A stretch of DNA of 62,629 nt, filler included, from Pseudobdellovibrionaceae bacterium (GTDB lineage: Bacteria > Bdellovibrionota > Bdellovibrionia > Bdellovibrionales > UBA1609), in NCBI GenBank assembly GCA_030591685.1. It is 5 parts of 5 records of this genome, joined end to end, with 100 filler letters (N's around TTAATTAATTAA, not from the genome) between each part and the next. Parts side by side here need not be neighbours in the genome. Positions count along the whole stretch, not along the records: positions 58,176 to 62,629 come from JAUVAX010000083.1; 4 more parts are not named here. One strand, written 5' to 3'. A program made the position numbers and the translations under genes. A model generated the notes under the pieces. The model was not told the origin of the DNA, ran no database searches, and was given only the letters and a program-made list of their open reading frames with translations. Positions 61,368 through 62,629 of the stretch are shown here, one piece after another. How positions within the stretch are numbered: position 1 is the stretch's first letter; each line of letters starts with the position of its first letter.

Positions 61368-61460
61368 CGGACATTTGACTGTGTCCCCATTTTCTTTCCC
61401 ATTGTGATTCCGTGAGCCAGAAAGTCGGAGTAATTCGGTACCGGCTCACGATTTCTATTA

Positions 61461-61476
61461 AGGTACGGAAATTGCT
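61461..61476 (+). promoter_or_regulatory. sigma54-like promoter
   Basis: AGGTAC-GGAAA-TTGCT (GG-N10-GC); AGGAGG RBS at 61507. Confidence 0.5.
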
Positions 61477-61530
61477 ATACATCTAATTATAATCTTTTAA
61501 TCACTCAGGAGGCGGATATCAGAGTAATTT

Positions 61531-62181
61531 ATGTATTTTATACTATATTTGTCACCTTTATTTACAGATCTAATGCTAATGCCAGCGTATGCTCTGACAT
61601 TTTTTTTTAGCACAAAAAACACATACTCTTTCAGTTCTGGACTCAAAAGCACTTATCAAAATGTAGTGACAAAACTTAAGTCAATTTACATACATGAGAG
61701 TGCCAGGCTAAAACAGCGGGTAGATTTATATGAGACGTCTACTCAATTAAAATCTGAGCTTGGACACCTTGAGTTTTATGATAAAGATGGGAATCTGCTG
61801 AATGAAACCTATGTCCCCGGTATTAATATCCAAGCAATGTCAGGACAAACAGTTATAAAACATATGCTCATGGCCCTTGAAAATATTAACCTTGAAAACT
61901 TACATCATATAACTTTTATTCACACACACCCAAAGCAGCCCGCAACTATTCCAGATATTTTTTCACAAGGTGACATCGCCGCTTTCGGAGGAATAAAGTC
62001 GGCGTTAAACCTATTAGACATAAACGTAGACCTACATACTGAAATTGTGTATCAAAAATGGGGCCGAATAAAAACAAAGTCTATGATTTACAGTGAAGAC
62101 CACCCAGAGCACTCAGCACTCAGCACTCAGCACTCAGTACTCAGTACTCAGCACTCAGTACTCAGTACTCAGTACTCATAA
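61531..62181 (+). CDS. JAB/MPN-like (HxH...SxxD) protein; true 5' end uncertain
   Basis: FIHTHP...FSQGD with upstream Glu candidates. Confidence 0.55.
   Translation: MYFILYLSPLFTDLMLMPAYALTFFFSTKNTYSFSSGLKSTYQNVVTKLKSIYIHESARLKQRVDLYETSTQLKSELGHLEFYDKDGNLLNETYVPGINIQAMSGQTVIKHMLMALENINLENLHHITFIHTHPKQPATIPDIFSQGDIAAFGGIKSALNLLDINVDLHTEIVYQKWGRIKTKSMIYSEDHPEHSALSTQHSVLSTQHSVLSTQYS
62108..62177. repeat. 7-bp tandem repeat x10 (AGYACTC)
   Basis: Seen directly. Confidence 0.95.
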
Positions 62182-62349
62182 ACTTTCATACATCATTAAC
62201 AAGATTCAACCGAAATTATGAACTCGAAGACAGTAATTTTCCAACATTACTCGAAACGTACAAGAAGAGGTACAACGTAAATTTTGACTAATACAAAAAA
62301 TCCTTCGGAGCTCTAAAGAGAAGTTGGGCGAAAAAAGGCAAAAAAGGTA

Positions 62350-62392
62350 CTTACTCACTTTTGGGCCGCACTGAGTCCCAAAAGTGAGTAAG
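62350..62392. repeat. Perfect 16-bp inverted repeat
   Basis: CTTACTCACTTTTGGG-11 nt-CCCAAAAGTGAGTAAG. Confidence 0.9.
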
Positions 62393-62502
62393 CTGAATTC
62401 CATATTCCATTGCAACTCCTTGCGTATTGAAAAGTAGGTCACTCTTGACCTAAAAATCAATTCGCAAAAACAAAATTTAAAGGAGTTGTACTTATGCAAA
62501 AG

Positions 62503-62629
62503 CGGGTCAACCCCCTAATTCCGGAATTTTTGTTATAGAAAAACGTCTAGTATTTGCACCTCATTTTTTTCATATTTTTGCATAAAATCACCTGGAGACA
62601 TCATCTTTAACGAGCCATGTATGCGATCA
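62503..62629 (-). mobile_element. End of an IS3-family element: transposase C-terminus (62533-62629) and terminal inverted repeat
   Basis: DRIHGSLKMMSPGDF resembles the IS3 R.HSSL...SP..F motif; followed by TCCGGAATTAGGGGGTTGACCCG, which resembles IS3/IS2-type ends. Confidence 0.65.

Noticed and set aside
62206..62499. 97-aa ORF
   Set aside because: Atypical composition, spans inverted repeats, no RBS; probably non-coding.

Overview
About five contigs joined by N-run/TTAATTAATTAA linkers (gaps 15006-15105, 22646-22745, 41673-41772, 58076-58175) from an AT-rich bacterium. It is very probably a Bdellovibrionota: it has a DgcB-like FHA-GGDEF cyclase, an FQNC-type lipoprotein signal, a stand-alone second GroES, and sigma28/sigma54 promoters on secreted-protein genes. 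Contig 1: FAD oxidase, DUF4382 lipoprotein, TPR protein, Cys-rich secreted protein, two tandem trypsin-like proteases, a CDP-sugar/GT2/methyltransferase/GT-C glycosylation cluster and grxD. Contig 2: PBP1B and a DUF507-DUF507-(Lys-rich GroES)-beta-barrel operon. Contig 3: mostly housekeeping genes (gcvP, epmA, ihfB, pyrD, gdhA, rfaE1, rlmN, pgi, dgcB, ECF sigma). Contig 4: a tRNA-Gly 3' remnant, a TetR-RND-TolC operon, a PL6 lyase, queD, a cytochrome c and a porin. Contig 5: an accessory region in which Fic, YbaN and JAB-motif genes are separated by related non-coding elements, ending in an IS3 end. The most notable items are an obligatory histone-H1-like/GroES fusion, IHF-site-containing GGGAC elements delimiting single-gene modules, a conserved palindromic leader on both proteases, and several genes broken by single-base lesions. 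All calls come from motif reading only; no database search was run.
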